Below, one piece after another: positions 36,846-49,129 of a stretch of 64,000 nucleotides of DNA (positions are counted from its first letter, which is position 1; each line of letters starts with the position of its first letter). The DNA comes from Mobula hypostoma (Eukaryota): the NCBI RefSeq assembly GCF_963921235.1, contig NW_026948219.1, positions 1,488,001-1,552,000 of the forward strand, read 5' to 3'. Position numbers and translations under genes: made by a program. Under the pieces are notes generated by a model. That model ran no database searches, had not been told where the DNA came from, and was given only the letters and a program-made list of their open reading frames with translations.

Positions 36846-39470
36846 TCCGTTTATTTTAAACTCTGTCTCCAGTACTTAGTGAATTTATAACACAACTAGT
36901 GTACAGTAGAGAGTCAACTCAGGCTGACTGGACACTGCCAGTGATTCAGTTCCATGACAGTCCTTTTAAATCCTCCCCTGTCGTTCACCTCTCACTCTCT
37001 CTGTGATGATGGGTTCCAAGCAGTTACCACTCTGTGGGTTTTTTTTATTAAATGCAATTGTGAACAATAGCCAGATCAGAAATGCTGATCAAGTCAACTA
37101 GTTCCCAAAGAGAACTCTGATAGGCCAATCAGAAGGTTCACTGCTGCTCAGCGATAGAATATATAAAAAAAAACATATGGACAGGTAAGAAACATTAAAA
37201 CATAGTAGAAATACTGGAGTTATGATCATCCTGATGAAATCTGCTGGAGAGAGACATTTATACACATGCTACCTTCTATAATTCAAAGAGATTGAAGGAT
37301 AAGGTTGCAGGGTGACAGAATGTAACACTTGGAACTGAAAACTAATCCCCACTGGGAGAAAACAGCACCTGTTCTTTCCGCACTGTTCCCCAGCAGTTTA
37401 AGGACTAAGTCCAGCCGGAAGATAACTCACAAGTGCTCTTGAAAGTCAGGTATTAACCCTACTTGCCAACAACCAAGCATTGCCATCCTGGTCCCCTTCA
37501 TGATAGATTATGAAGAAGCATATGACTTCCCTCCCAGAGATGATAGGTGTTTGTGCACTCGACTCTTGAAGGCTTGCACCCCATCGTCGCAGATGTTTCC
37601 AACCACAGCATCTGGAAGGCTGTCCCAAATTCTGATAGCACAGTGAAGGAAGCTTCTATCCAGTGTGTGGCTTCTCGCATCAGGCATAGAAACAGCCTGA
37701 GCAGGCATAGACAAACTTGATCGTCTGGTACGCCGTCTCTCATAAGATGAAGGCAGCATGGCGTGAGGGTCTGCAGGGCTGTGGCTGGCGGGCATTTTGT
37801 ATATTCTGCATTGTGCATTTTCATCTACACCTATAATCCTGGGAGCCTTTCTCTGAATGGAATCAAGCTGGCTGAGGGAACTCTGTGAGGCATTCATCCA
37901 TGATACTTTGTACCTGGGCTTTGTAAACCATGGCTGTGCCCTCTTTGTCTAATTTGGATGCTACTTTCCACAGAGCTCCAAGCCTTTGTCCAGCCATGTA
38001 TGAAATAGTGGAAAGGTGTTTATCCCATACCAACGTGCTGTCAATATTGACACCAAGGATTTTGCAGTTCCCAAAATACAGGTCGGGGTCAGATGGATTT
38101 CTCTTCCTAGACATCACCAACCCTTGCACTCAGTAGGCTCAAAGGTGATATTCCAGTCGTCTGCCCAGGCTTTCATCCTGTCAAGATCCCTATTCAGGCC
38201 TGCTGTCACTGTATTACTCTCTCCTGCTCTAATTGAAGAGGCTTCCCTTGAATTCTCTGCAGATGGAGCAGGGTCAGAAACCAGAGGCACGTCTGCAGAG
38301 GGCAGAGTTTGGGGCTCTGGACGATGGTTGGGGCAAGAACATATGATGAGGAGAAGGGAATCAGCAGCGGGGTGTGTCAACTGATGACAGAGTAGCAACA
38401 TTTGGAAGCTGACTGGCAGAGAAAGTCTTTCGGTTTTCTGACTGATGATACAAACAAGACCCATGGTGATGTGCTCCACTGATTGAGGAACATCTGTTGG
38501 TTGGGAATGATTTTATCTATTGAGGGAGTTGTTCCTTCTTGTATTGATTATCACATAATTGTTAATATTTTGACTGTAAAACTGGATCAGGCTTGAATTT
38601 ATGGTGCCTTTATGATGTGATAGAGGGCATTCATGGTTTGTATTTTAAAGCAAGATTTTGGTGAATGATATATGCCATTTGATTGTACCTTTGTAAGTAA
38701 TCAGTTTGAGTTAAACTGCTACAGGATTGTGTCTGGTTTCTCTTGGGATTTTCTGCACTTACTGCTTAATGAAATATAAGCATCTTAATGAAGAATTCCA
38801 CCATATTATGGTCACTCTTACCCAAGGGGCCTCTCACGACAAGATTAATAATTAACCCTTCCTCATTGCTCAAAACCCAGTCTAGAATAGCCTGCTCTCT
38901 AGTTGGTTCCTCGTCATGTTAGTTCAGAAAACCATCCCGCATACATTCCAAGAAATCCTCTTCCTCAGCACCTTTACCAATTTGGTTCCCCCAATCTACA
39001 TGTAGATTGAAGTCACCCATTATAACTGCTGTTCCTTTATTGCACACATTTCTAATTTCCTGTTTAATACCATCCCCGACCTCACTACTACTGTTAGGTG
39101 GCCTGTACACAACTCCCACCAGCGTTTTCTGCCCCTTAGTGTTATGCAGCTCTACCCATATCGATTCCACATCTTCCCGGCTTATGCACTTCCTTTCTAT
39201 TGCGTTATTCTCCTCTTTAACCAGCAACGCCACCCCACCTCCTTTTCTTTCATGTCTATCCCTCCTGAATATTGAATAACCCTGAATGTTGAGCTCCCAT
39301 CCCTGGTCACCCTGGAGCCATGTCTCTGTGATCCCAACTATATCATAATCATTAATAACAATCTGCACTTTCAATTCATCCACCTTGTTACGAATGCTCC
39401 TTGCATTGACACACAAAGCCTTCAGGCGCTCTTTTACAACTCACTTAGCCCTTATACAATTATGTTGAAA

Positions 39471-40800
39471 AGTGACAATCTCTTGAAATCAGTATTTATA
39501 ACTGCCACAAATTCCTAGAATCATTGACAGCGAAAATTACAGAACAATCAGTCTTATAAGTCACATAATAAAGATTTTGTTGAGAATTGTTCTGAGTTGA
39601 ATTAAAAACAAATTAAGACAGAAAATTCTAAACTGCAATATGGGTTTATTGAGGATAGAGGAAATAGGAACACAATTTTCATACTATGAATGCTTTCCGA
39701 AAGGGCAGTTGAATATGAAAATGATGTCTTTTTATGTTTTATCGATTTCACTAAAGCATTCGACAAAATGAAACATGATAAAATATTTCAAATTCTCGCT
39801 AAACTAAACACTGACTGAAGGGACCAACAACTGCTTCAAAATTTATATTGGAATCAAACAGCGGAGGTAAAAATTGATGATAATATAAGCAGTTGGACTA
39901 AAATTAAAGGAGCAGTTAGACAGGGATGCGTTGCCTCACCAGAAATATTTGATATCTATAATGAAGTGATTCTCAGAGAAATAGAAGACATAGATGGGAT
40001 AAAAATTGGTGGTGTTAACATCAGCAATATAAGATATGCAGACGATACTACCCTAACAGCAAGTGCTGCAGAAGACCTACAAATCCTCCTAGACAAATTA
40101 ATACAAACAAGTGCAGATCTTGGTCTAACCATCAACTGTAAAAAAACAAATGTATGGTAATATCAAAACAACAGGATACCCCCGACTGCCAATTATACAT
40201 CGGTAACCAAGAGATTGAACAAAAGACCGGCTTTAATTACCTTGGTAGCTTTATATCACAAGATGCTGGAACTAAAGTGGAAATAATAAAAAGAAGAATT
40301 GCCATTGCCAAAACCAGCTTCCAAAAAATGAAACCCATTTTTACTAACAGACACACTTCTCTGACAACAAGGCTGAGGCTACCAAAATGTTACATCTGGT
40401 CAATCTTGCTGCATGCTTCCAAAACACGGACTATAACACCGGAACTCTAAAGAAACTCAGAAGCAACAGAAATATGGTTTCTTAGAAGAATGCTGAAAAT
40501 ATCATGTAGGGATATGGTAACTAATGAGACAGTACTCCAACGTGACCATACAGAAAGATCTTTAATGAGAACATTAAATTAGAGAAAACTTAAATTCCTG
40601 GGCCATGTCTATAGAAAGGGAGAAATAGAATGTCTTACATTACAAGGCCGTATGCCTGGGAAAAGCGGAAGAGAAAGGCAAGGAAGAAGATATATGGACA
40701 CTGTGAAAGATCAGATTTAAATGTGCGAGATATCATTGACGCTGCGATGTGGAAAGCCACGATCGCCCAAGCGTGGAACACGCAAGGCACATGGAGAAGA
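39471..40800 (+). mobile_element. RTE-clade LINE fragment (RT to 3' end)
   Basis: 'NISNIRYADDTTL', 'FNYLGSFI', 'RRIAIAK', 'CYIWSILL', 'MWFLRRML'. Confidence 0.82.
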
Positions 40801-42247
40801 TGATCAAAAAGTTAGGTTCTCCCAGTGCATGACTGGAAACCGAGTCCTCATAATGAATTTGGGTCTAACAGGGAAGTATAAGTTGGCTCACCGCTGGGAA
40901 GCTATGACCAATGTAATGGAGAGTCAAATGCCAAACGTACTAGTTTTCTGAGTGATACCAGAGGATGGGAATGGACCTGTCAGGATTCTGCATCGGAACC
41001 GCCTTCTCCCTCTGGGGCAAGAGGTGCGTGTTAACCCAGAGCCTGGCCTGGACCCTACACCTAGTAAGAGGACCTTGCCGCAACGTGGAGAGACTGAAGG
41101 ACTCGGAGGATGAGGTAACGGGGTTGTGGTATTTGCTGCCTTTCGCCAACTCCCCAAAATTAATGAAGGGGTTCTCAGCCTTTCTCTCGCTGAGGCAGGT
41201 GACCTGGGCGGGTGGTTGGGGTGGGGGTTGTGTGGGGGATTAGCAGTGCTCAGGCAGGCTTGCAGCTGGACTAGGAAGCGGGTCTCGGCTCCAGAGTAAC
41301 TGGGGATGAAGCCGAGCAGAGGGATCCGGGTTGCAGGAAGGCACGAGTGATAGACCGGGGGAACCCTCGTCATCTACACCAGAGGCATCCCAAGGAGTGT
41401 CTGAAACTGAAGTAGTGGATGGGGTAAGGAAGTCTCAAAGGATCAGCTTGCCTATGTAGGGCCAGGGTAACAGAATGCTCCGACTATCCCCCTAGTGAGA
41501 TATGTCACTACCTTTCAAAAATGGATTGGAGTTGCTGACCTCACGAAATTCCCTTGAAAGTGGTGTTATTAATGTGAGAGGATAAATTATTTCCAATCAT
41601 GATGACATGACTATTTTGGTGTGAGGAGAGGGTAATGCCCTGGTTATTACTTTTACTGTTGTGCTGTATGTATTTCATATTGTCAGTTCTGTAAAAGCAG
41701 CTTGTTTTCAGCTTGTTTGGCTTATGGTTGAACATAAGAGATGAGGAGAAATGTGTGCTATCCAATTAGGATGGTTGAATGAAGGGGCTGTTTCTCTGGT
41801 GAGGGACACTCAGGTTGGGCTTGGGTTTTGTTCGGCGGTAGGTGGGGAGAGAAGACGCTGTAGAGACCCGGTCGAAGCACAGGATCCGGCGGGAGACCCG
41901 TTTGTTCGAGATGGATTGCGAGCGCCGTTCGGAAGGTGGTGTGAGCTTTCACGTTGACCGAGGACCCAGCGCCCGAGTGACAGAGAAGTTCCAGATGAGT
42001 TCCAACGTGTGCACGTGTGACTGTTTGATTTGAATTGGGCAGTTTATTTCTGTTATTCTTTACTGACCTTTCAGTTAAGCTAAGATTCATAAGTATGCAG
42101 TGTACAGTCTGTTATTTGTAACAGGATCGCAAATTGCACAGCATCCACACAACCCGGGGTTTGGGGTGGGATCGAGTCGTCTCAGTCTCAGGAGTTTGGC
42201 GGGAATTCAGAGTGTTTTCCTTAGACTTACACAGCCAAGGAAACCAG
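40801..42247 (+). mobile_element. Gypsy/Ty3 3' fragment: integrase C-terminus, PPT and 3' LTR (41636-42247)
   Basis: 'NLGLTGKYKLAHRWE...ESQMPN...GPVRILHRNRLLP'; purine tract gaggagaggg then TG at 41636; ctggtt/aaccag terminal repeat. Confidence 0.7.
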
Positions 42248-44663
42248 TAATTCTTTTTTGTTCATGTTTCGAGGAGCGGAGTTATCGACAAATAATTTTT
42301 GCCAGTGTAATATGACAGCCCAAGCTCTGTTTGTTTGTGTTTTTTTTTAAGTTTAGTTTCTTTTTATTTTAGGGGTTTTTCTTTTTCTATCTTTATAAAA
42401 TATCTTTTTCATGGTGAATTACTATGAGGTTGGGAGGCTAAACTATATTTGCTACTTGGAATTTGTGCTTGTACATGCTAACTGTTATTATAGTAATCCC
42501 GATCTCTATGTATCATTACTATTATTGTTATGTTTAATTTTGAAACTGAATAAAAATATTGAAGAAGAACATAGATATTGACAGCACATTACAGGCCCTT
42601 CGGCCCACAGCAGAGAGACCTACTCCAGAGACGGCCAAGAATTTCGCCAGCGCTCAGCCCGCTGTTTTGCTCAGCTCTGTGTCCCTGGATCACAGTGGAT
42701 GTGTCTCATCCAGGACCAGGACATAATGGTGGCGAGGACCGAATACTTCAGAAAATCACGTAAAAAATGTTCCCTTCAAAATGCTGAAAGACGTGGAGTG
42801 GCAGAGAAAATAAAAAGAGTTGTGAATGAGAGAATGCTTAAAAGTGGAAGGAATAGACAGGCTACGGACCTGAGGGATGTTACGGCAGAAACTTCACCAA
42901 GGATGGACTTCCAGGGTGGACATGACTGAAAGAGCGCAGAACTCTGGGATCATGGGACTAATTTGGACGGGATATTGGAGTGATTTGGATACAAGTGCAT
43001 AGAATTATAAACCCAGCGTTCTCGATTTAGTTGTCCCGTTACTTATGCAAACATCCGTCTTCATTTTATCCCCCAAACCTCGTTTGCCATCTGTGCCTCC
43101 TTAAATATCTTTTTCTCCCTTCATCACCGTTTCCACATCGCTCCCCTTATCACTTCATTTCCTGAATATTGAGATCAGCTCTCTTTATATCGGTATGGGA
43201 ATGTCATGGGAGAAAATTCCGGTCATCAAAATTTATGGATATACAGCTCGGAAGGCCGCTCATCTCAGCGAATAAGGAGTCGGTGTCGTCTTGTGCCGGC
43301 GGCGTCATGTGTCACAAATATAATTGTGCTTTTAAAGGAATAATCTCCACGATTTAACGAAGCAGGAAGGTAGACAGAGTTTGGATGGCCTTCAGTAATG
43401 TTTCTAACAAGGCACCCATGGCAGATACAGGAACGCGGAGATGAATTGGCAAGCTAATCACACAATTAGCTTGGTAAATGGATGCGAATGGCAGTGTGCG
43501 AGCGTGTCTCTCCTCCCGGACCCGGCAATAAGCGGCGAGCTGTAGATTTGCTGCTGGGTCCATTATTGTTTGTAAAAGAGGATGTGAAACAAAATGTGAC
43601 TTAATCCACGTTGTGAAATAAAATTCTGGGAGGACATATAGACCTTTGGGGGGGGTCGTTTTTAGTTGTAACCTTGCAACGCTAGGTCATACCTTTCTGA
43701 ATGCAGTCGGACAGTACAGCGAAAGTGGATTTTGCATTGTTCACCGAGGATTTGAGTGGAAGAATTCCGACTCGGTCTTACAGCGATACGGAGCACTGGT
43801 GATAACAGACTGAGAGCAATCGGTGCAATTCTGATTGCCACGCCATGGGAAGGATGTTGTAAAAACTGATGGAAGATCAATATTCACCAGATTGTTTCCT
43901 GGACTGTGGGAAAGGGGATAAACTCTAAGGAGAAGTTTGATTGTCTGAAATAGCAAATAAAATGAATGGTCCCTGTAAAAGTTTATACAATTATATGGAG
44001 GTGTATATTGTACAGATAGCCAATAACTTTGTCTTCTATGTCAGCAGTGGCACATCCATACGCAGATCTGAAGACATTCTCTTTTTCTCGCCCAGTGCGG
44101 CGTGGTTATGTCTGCAGTAGACGTGCTGGATGCAGGTGATAATAAAATAATGGAAACGTGCCTGGATAACCCTTGGTTAACAAAGGTAGAGAGGGATACG
44201 GGCTGGATTATGGCTCTGGAGATTGGCATAGGTCGCTATAGTCGAGTAGGTGCAGGATCTATGCGATATTGATTCCCCACTGCAATCTACAAGAAGGTAG
44301 CTCTGTCACAGCGCTGACCGCAGCGAATCTCCACTGCCAGTGTAAAAGTCATTGCGATGACTCCACCTTTACCCGAGTTACCCAGCGGCCAAATGACCCC
44401 GACTGTCAACGGAGCTGTCAAACGCAACGAGTGACTGAAATCAACTGAGCGATCGGATACCAGGATTGTTGATGACGTCACGGCTATCAAGGACGCTTCT
44501 GCACAGAAATGAAGTTTTATATTATTTCATGTCAATTTAATAGTGAGACGTATTATACTCAAACACATAAAACCCAGATGTACATCGCGACAGAATAACA
44601 AATTTCCAATGCGGAGAATTAGTGGGTAATGAACTTTCGAACTTTAGGAACATGTGCTTTGCT

Positions 44664-45574
44664 TTACCTGTGTTTTTTAACCAATATTAAAAACAAAGTC
44701 CAAGGAGATTTTAACACCAGCCGCATTTCCTCTCTAAACTTAGCCTGAGTCGCTGTATAAATGCAGGTGTTCGTGCAGGAACTCAGATACATGATCATGT
44801 AGCCGGCTTCAGTGGCGACATAGGCAGAGTCGGTGTAATCGCCTTCGTAATGCGCGGTTCCTGTGAGTCGGGTGATCTGAAAGATCACAGTGACCGACAG
44901 CCACAACAGAATGAAACTGCCGGACACACTAAAGAGTAAAATGATGGATTTCCGGCGGCCTTCCATCTCCGGATCCTTCTGTGTTTGACTGTTGTGACCG
45001 CGCAGTCCGCGGCGCACTTTACTGGCTAATAAAATGCGCCTTACCGTCAGACAGTTAAACAGGGTTATCAGAACAAAAGGTAATATAACCGTTAAAATAC
45101 TCTGCAGAAAGGAGAATGCGACGCCCACAAGAGACGTAATGAACCACGAGCTCGGCTGACAGCCCCATTGAATACCGTTAACTACACGCACAGGTTTATA
45201 CTCAAATAGATACGGGACGTTCTGTAAATGCACCAGGAGCGGCACGGTTATAATGCCGGCAACAGCTGTCCTCGCCGTGCAATATTTCGTTTTAAGCTTC
45301 TGACAACAGATCACTACAAACCGATCGGCTGTGAACAGGACAGAGTACCAGACCAAGGTTTGCAGACAGGTCGAATTGAAGTACAGGACGACCTTACAGG
45401 CGGATGTGTAGGACAGGAAGGAGATTGGAAACTGGTACATGACGATATGATACGCAATTACACAGAGGATCATCACCAGGAGATCTGCCATTGCCATGAA
45501 AGCCATGTAGAGCGATATACATTTGGAAAGGCCGCAATTCCCTCGGAAGAGGACCACCGTTGTCAATAGGTTCG
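44664..45574 (-). CDS. Class A GPCR, GPR139/GPR142-like, exon 2
   Basis: Acceptor ttttcctag| at 45575; phase matches exon 1 (G|CG = Ala); 'MAMADLL', 'TADRFVVIC', 'LPFVLI', 'SCTNTCIY'. Spliced product 326 aa with no stops. Confidence 0.9.
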
Positions 45575-45758
45575 CTAGGAAAAGAGTCACAAATTGTGAG
45601 TTACAAACAGGGCGAGGAGAAGCGTTCTTGGAATTCAATGTGAAAATACTTTTCCGACAGTGATGGGCAAAATTACCGGGGAAATATGTTCCAAGAGAGA
45701 ATCAAAACTCCTCATTCAGTGAACTAAAACGGTTTGCATTCGATCTGCGCATTTGCTC

Positions 45759-46788
45759 CCTTGGCGATGTAACCGAGAGGGGGCAGCACTGCTCCTGGTT
45801 AAGTTGCTGGTGACGTGCTCTCGATGTCACCTTGGCGATGTAACCGAGAGGGGGCAGCACTGCTCCTGGTTAAGTTGCTGGTGACGTGCTCTCGATGTCA
45901 CCTTGGCGATGTAACCGAGAGGGGGCAGCACTGCTCCTGGTTAAGTTGCTGGTGACGTGCTCTCGATGTCACCTTGGCGATGTAACCGAGAGGGGGCAGC
46001 ACTGCTCCTGGTTAAGTTGCTGGTGACGTGCTCTCGATGTCACCTTGGCGATGTAACCGAGAGGGGGCAGCACTGCTCCTGGTTAAGTTGCTGGTGACGT
46101 GCTCTCGATGTCACCTTGGCGATGTAACCGAGAGGGGGCAGCACTGCTCCTGGTTAAGTTGCTGGTGACGTGCTCTCGATGTCACCTTGGCGATGTAACC
46201 GAGAGGGGGCAGCACTGTTCCTGGTTAAGTTGCTGGTGACGTGCTCTCGATTTCACCTTGGTGAAGTAACCGAGAGGGGGCATTACTGCTCCTGGTTAAG
46301 TTGCTGGTGACGTGCTCTCCATTTCACCTTGGCGATGTAACCGAGAGGGGGCAGCACTGCTCCTGGTTAAGTTGCTGGTGACGTGCTCTCGATGTCACCT
46401 TGGCGATGTAACCGAGAGGGGGCAGCACTGCTCCTGGTTAAGTTGCTGGTGACGTGCTCTCGATGTCACCTTGGCGATGTAACCGAGAGGGGGCAGCACT
46501 GCTCCTGGTTAAGTTGCTGGTGACGTGCTCTCCATTTCACCTTGGCGATGTAACCGAGAGGGGGCAGCACTGCTCCTGGTTAAGTTGCTGGTGACGTGCT
46601 CTCGATGTCACCTTGGCGATGTAACCGAGAGGGGGCAGCACTGCTCCTGGTTAAGTTGCTGGTGACGTGCCCTCGATGTCACCTTGGCGATGTAACCGAG
46701 AGGGGGCAGCACTGCTCCTGGTTAAGTTGCTGGTGACGTGCTCTCCATTTCACCTTGGCGAAGTAACCGAGAGGGGGCAGCACTGCTG
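45759..46788. repeat. 71-bp intronic tandem repeat, ~14.5 copies
   Basis: Unit CCTTGGCGATGTAACCGAGAGGGGGCAGCACTGCTCCTGGTTAAGTTGCTGGTGACGTGCTCTCGATGTCA. Confidence 0.98.
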
Positions 46789-47448
46789 CTCATTCGCCAT
46801 CACAACCCAGAAAAATAGGGGAGATCACCATCTTCTCCCATACCTCCCTTGCGCCCTACATTCCCTACCCGTGGGATCGTCATTTCAATTGCTCTTACCC
46901 TCGAAGCCCCATTCAGACACCAGCCGTAGTGAATGAGAGCCGTGACACAGCCGAACACAGTGGCTGTAGGAGGATCGGCTGATGTGCATTCGACAGATTC
47001 CACTCAACGGAACTCTATTATTGAGCCGGTACTGACCCGGAGTAAGTGGGGCCGTACCCGCTGTCGGTCATCAGCCCCAGGGTGAAACCGATGCACTCAT
47101 TCCCTCCGTTTAGTCAATGAATGAGCGCAGGGCCTGGTGAACAGAATCGGACTTCACTGACTCGTCTAGGGTCGCTTGTACGCAATCTAGCTTAAACTCG
47201 AACAGTTTCAGAAACGTCCATCAATAAATAAGCTCTCACTTGGATATAACCGTCATTTTTGATCACATTCATTATCATCTTAAAGGTGCGACAGGGAGAA
47301 ATTAATTCAAATCCCTTGCTGGTCACCCCATTCTTGTGCTAGCTATGTTTACTATAATTCCCAACTGGTTCGGGTAAGACAGATAATGAAAGGTTTGATC
47401 GGAAATCCACAAAGGGGGAAGGGAAGGAGAGGGAGAGAGTGAGTGAGC

Positions 47449-47451
<3 letters not shown>

Positions 47452-47516
<65 letters not shown>

Positions 47517-47527
47517 GTGAGAGAGAA
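47452..47527. repeat. (GA)n(GACA)n microsatellite
   Basis: Directly visible. Confidence 0.95.
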
Positions 47528-47921
47528 AATTCAGCTACGGCGGCAGTTGGTACAATCCGCAACGTTCCCACAAATCGTACTGTTCTACTGCTCCTTCACC
47601 AAAAGTTAGGTCACAAAATACATTTCAATCTGCAACAATCCCGGTATCAGATTTACGCTGACAGTGGTGAACAGCGGAGAGGATTGATCTCCCTGAATTT
47701 CAGCAGCATCGTCTATGATGAACTCTGGGGGCGGGATGGGGGGTCGGGGTGACAGTGAACTTGACCCTGCATCAGCGTGTGGAGCGGAGATGAACCGTTC
47801 AGCGGCGGTAGTCTGCCGTGTCTCCGCGCTGGGTCGGTTTCGCCGGTAAACAACACCCAGTGAAATGACTGTTAATTGAAGTCCGTCCCTAACATTTCAG
47901 ACAGAGGATGTGTCGACTTAC

Positions 47922-47991
47922 CCGGAACACCGAAAGCTGCGAGAATAGGGTAAAATACAATCCTCAGATGCCGGATTGTTGGTAGAGCCAT
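47922..47991 (-). CDS. GPR139/142-like GPCR exon 1 (MALPTIRHLRIVFYPILAAFGVP)
   Basis: ATG at 47991; TM1 start 'YPILAAFGVP'; donor G|GTAAGT at 47921, phase 1. Confidence 0.88.
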
Positions 47992-48065
47992 GTTCGGGTG
48001 TTGTACAAAATGTACCGCACTGCTAGCACTGAGAGCCACTCGCCTGTGTTCTGACCTCGCTGCCC

Positions 48066-48072
48066 TTTTATA
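48066..48072 (-). promoter_or_regulatory. TATA box of the GPCR gene
   Basis: TATAAAA about 75 bp upstream of the ATG. Confidence 0.6.
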
Positions 48073-49129
48073 CATTAATCTATACCCCGGTGAGAGAAAC
48101 ACAGAGGTTGCACAATAACTCGAGTTAGTTACAGTCAGTTAACAAACAAGGCGCCGTTTCTACTTCTGTGTCCTCTCGGCACCGCGGGGAATACTTAAAG
48201 CTCGGTCCATAACACCGTCTAGTAAAGTAGACAATCAGAAAGTTTTTAAAGCTGTTCCCCGCACTCCGGATTGAAATGTCAGTCATGACCTATCACCTAC
48301 TTATATTAACACACACAACATGCTGCGTTCCACCGGCATTTTATGTATGTTGCTTGAATTTCCAGCATATGCAGATTTTCTCGTATCTGCTTCTATTCTA
48401 GCCTTCACATTCATTTCATTTTATATTAATTGTGTGATATCTCGCTCCATATCTCTCAAAGTCAATGTTACCTCTGAGTTATCTCACGATTTATCCTGAA
48501 ACCAATCCCACATTATATGAACATTACAGCGGGCCTGCACAGTCTGCGTTATTTGCCCAGTGTCATTGTAGACCACACGGATTCCATCACCTTATTCCAA
48601 CTTTGTCCATACTTCCTCAGTCACAGTGAACTCAGCAGCCCAGTGTGCGGGCAAGATTGACAAGGGCAGCACGGAATGTATTGAAGTAATTCCCGCTTTT
48701 TGACATTGAAGGTTAAAAATCTCTATAATAACCTCTGTGACAAATATTCCCGATACCGAATGTGCATCGGGTTTTCCGGCTCCGAATAAGGTCTCAGTAA
48801 ATGACGGTGCATATTATGGATCATCACTGGCTCCTCATTTCCATCATCAGAATCGGAACCAGCATCACGTTTACTGTCTCCAGTAAATGCCGTGAAATGT
48901 GTGTGCAGTGCAATACGTCCAAAAGCACTGAAATAAACAATAAATAAATAAACAAGAGAGGCAGCGCTAAAAGAATGCAAACAGTGACGTAGTATTGTTT
49001 AATTTAGAAAAGTTTAGAAATAATTTAGGAAGCCGATGCTTGAAGAGAATAAGCTCAACGAAGATATACGAGGCTTAGCGAGTATTTTGGAGATACTGAC
49101 GACAACTCCCTGAACTCTCACACAGCCAT

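Noticed and set aside
45575-45638. N-terminus of the 324-aa ORF-track GPCR
   Set aside because: It is intronic read-through from a non-ATG start; the true N-terminus is exon 47922-47991.
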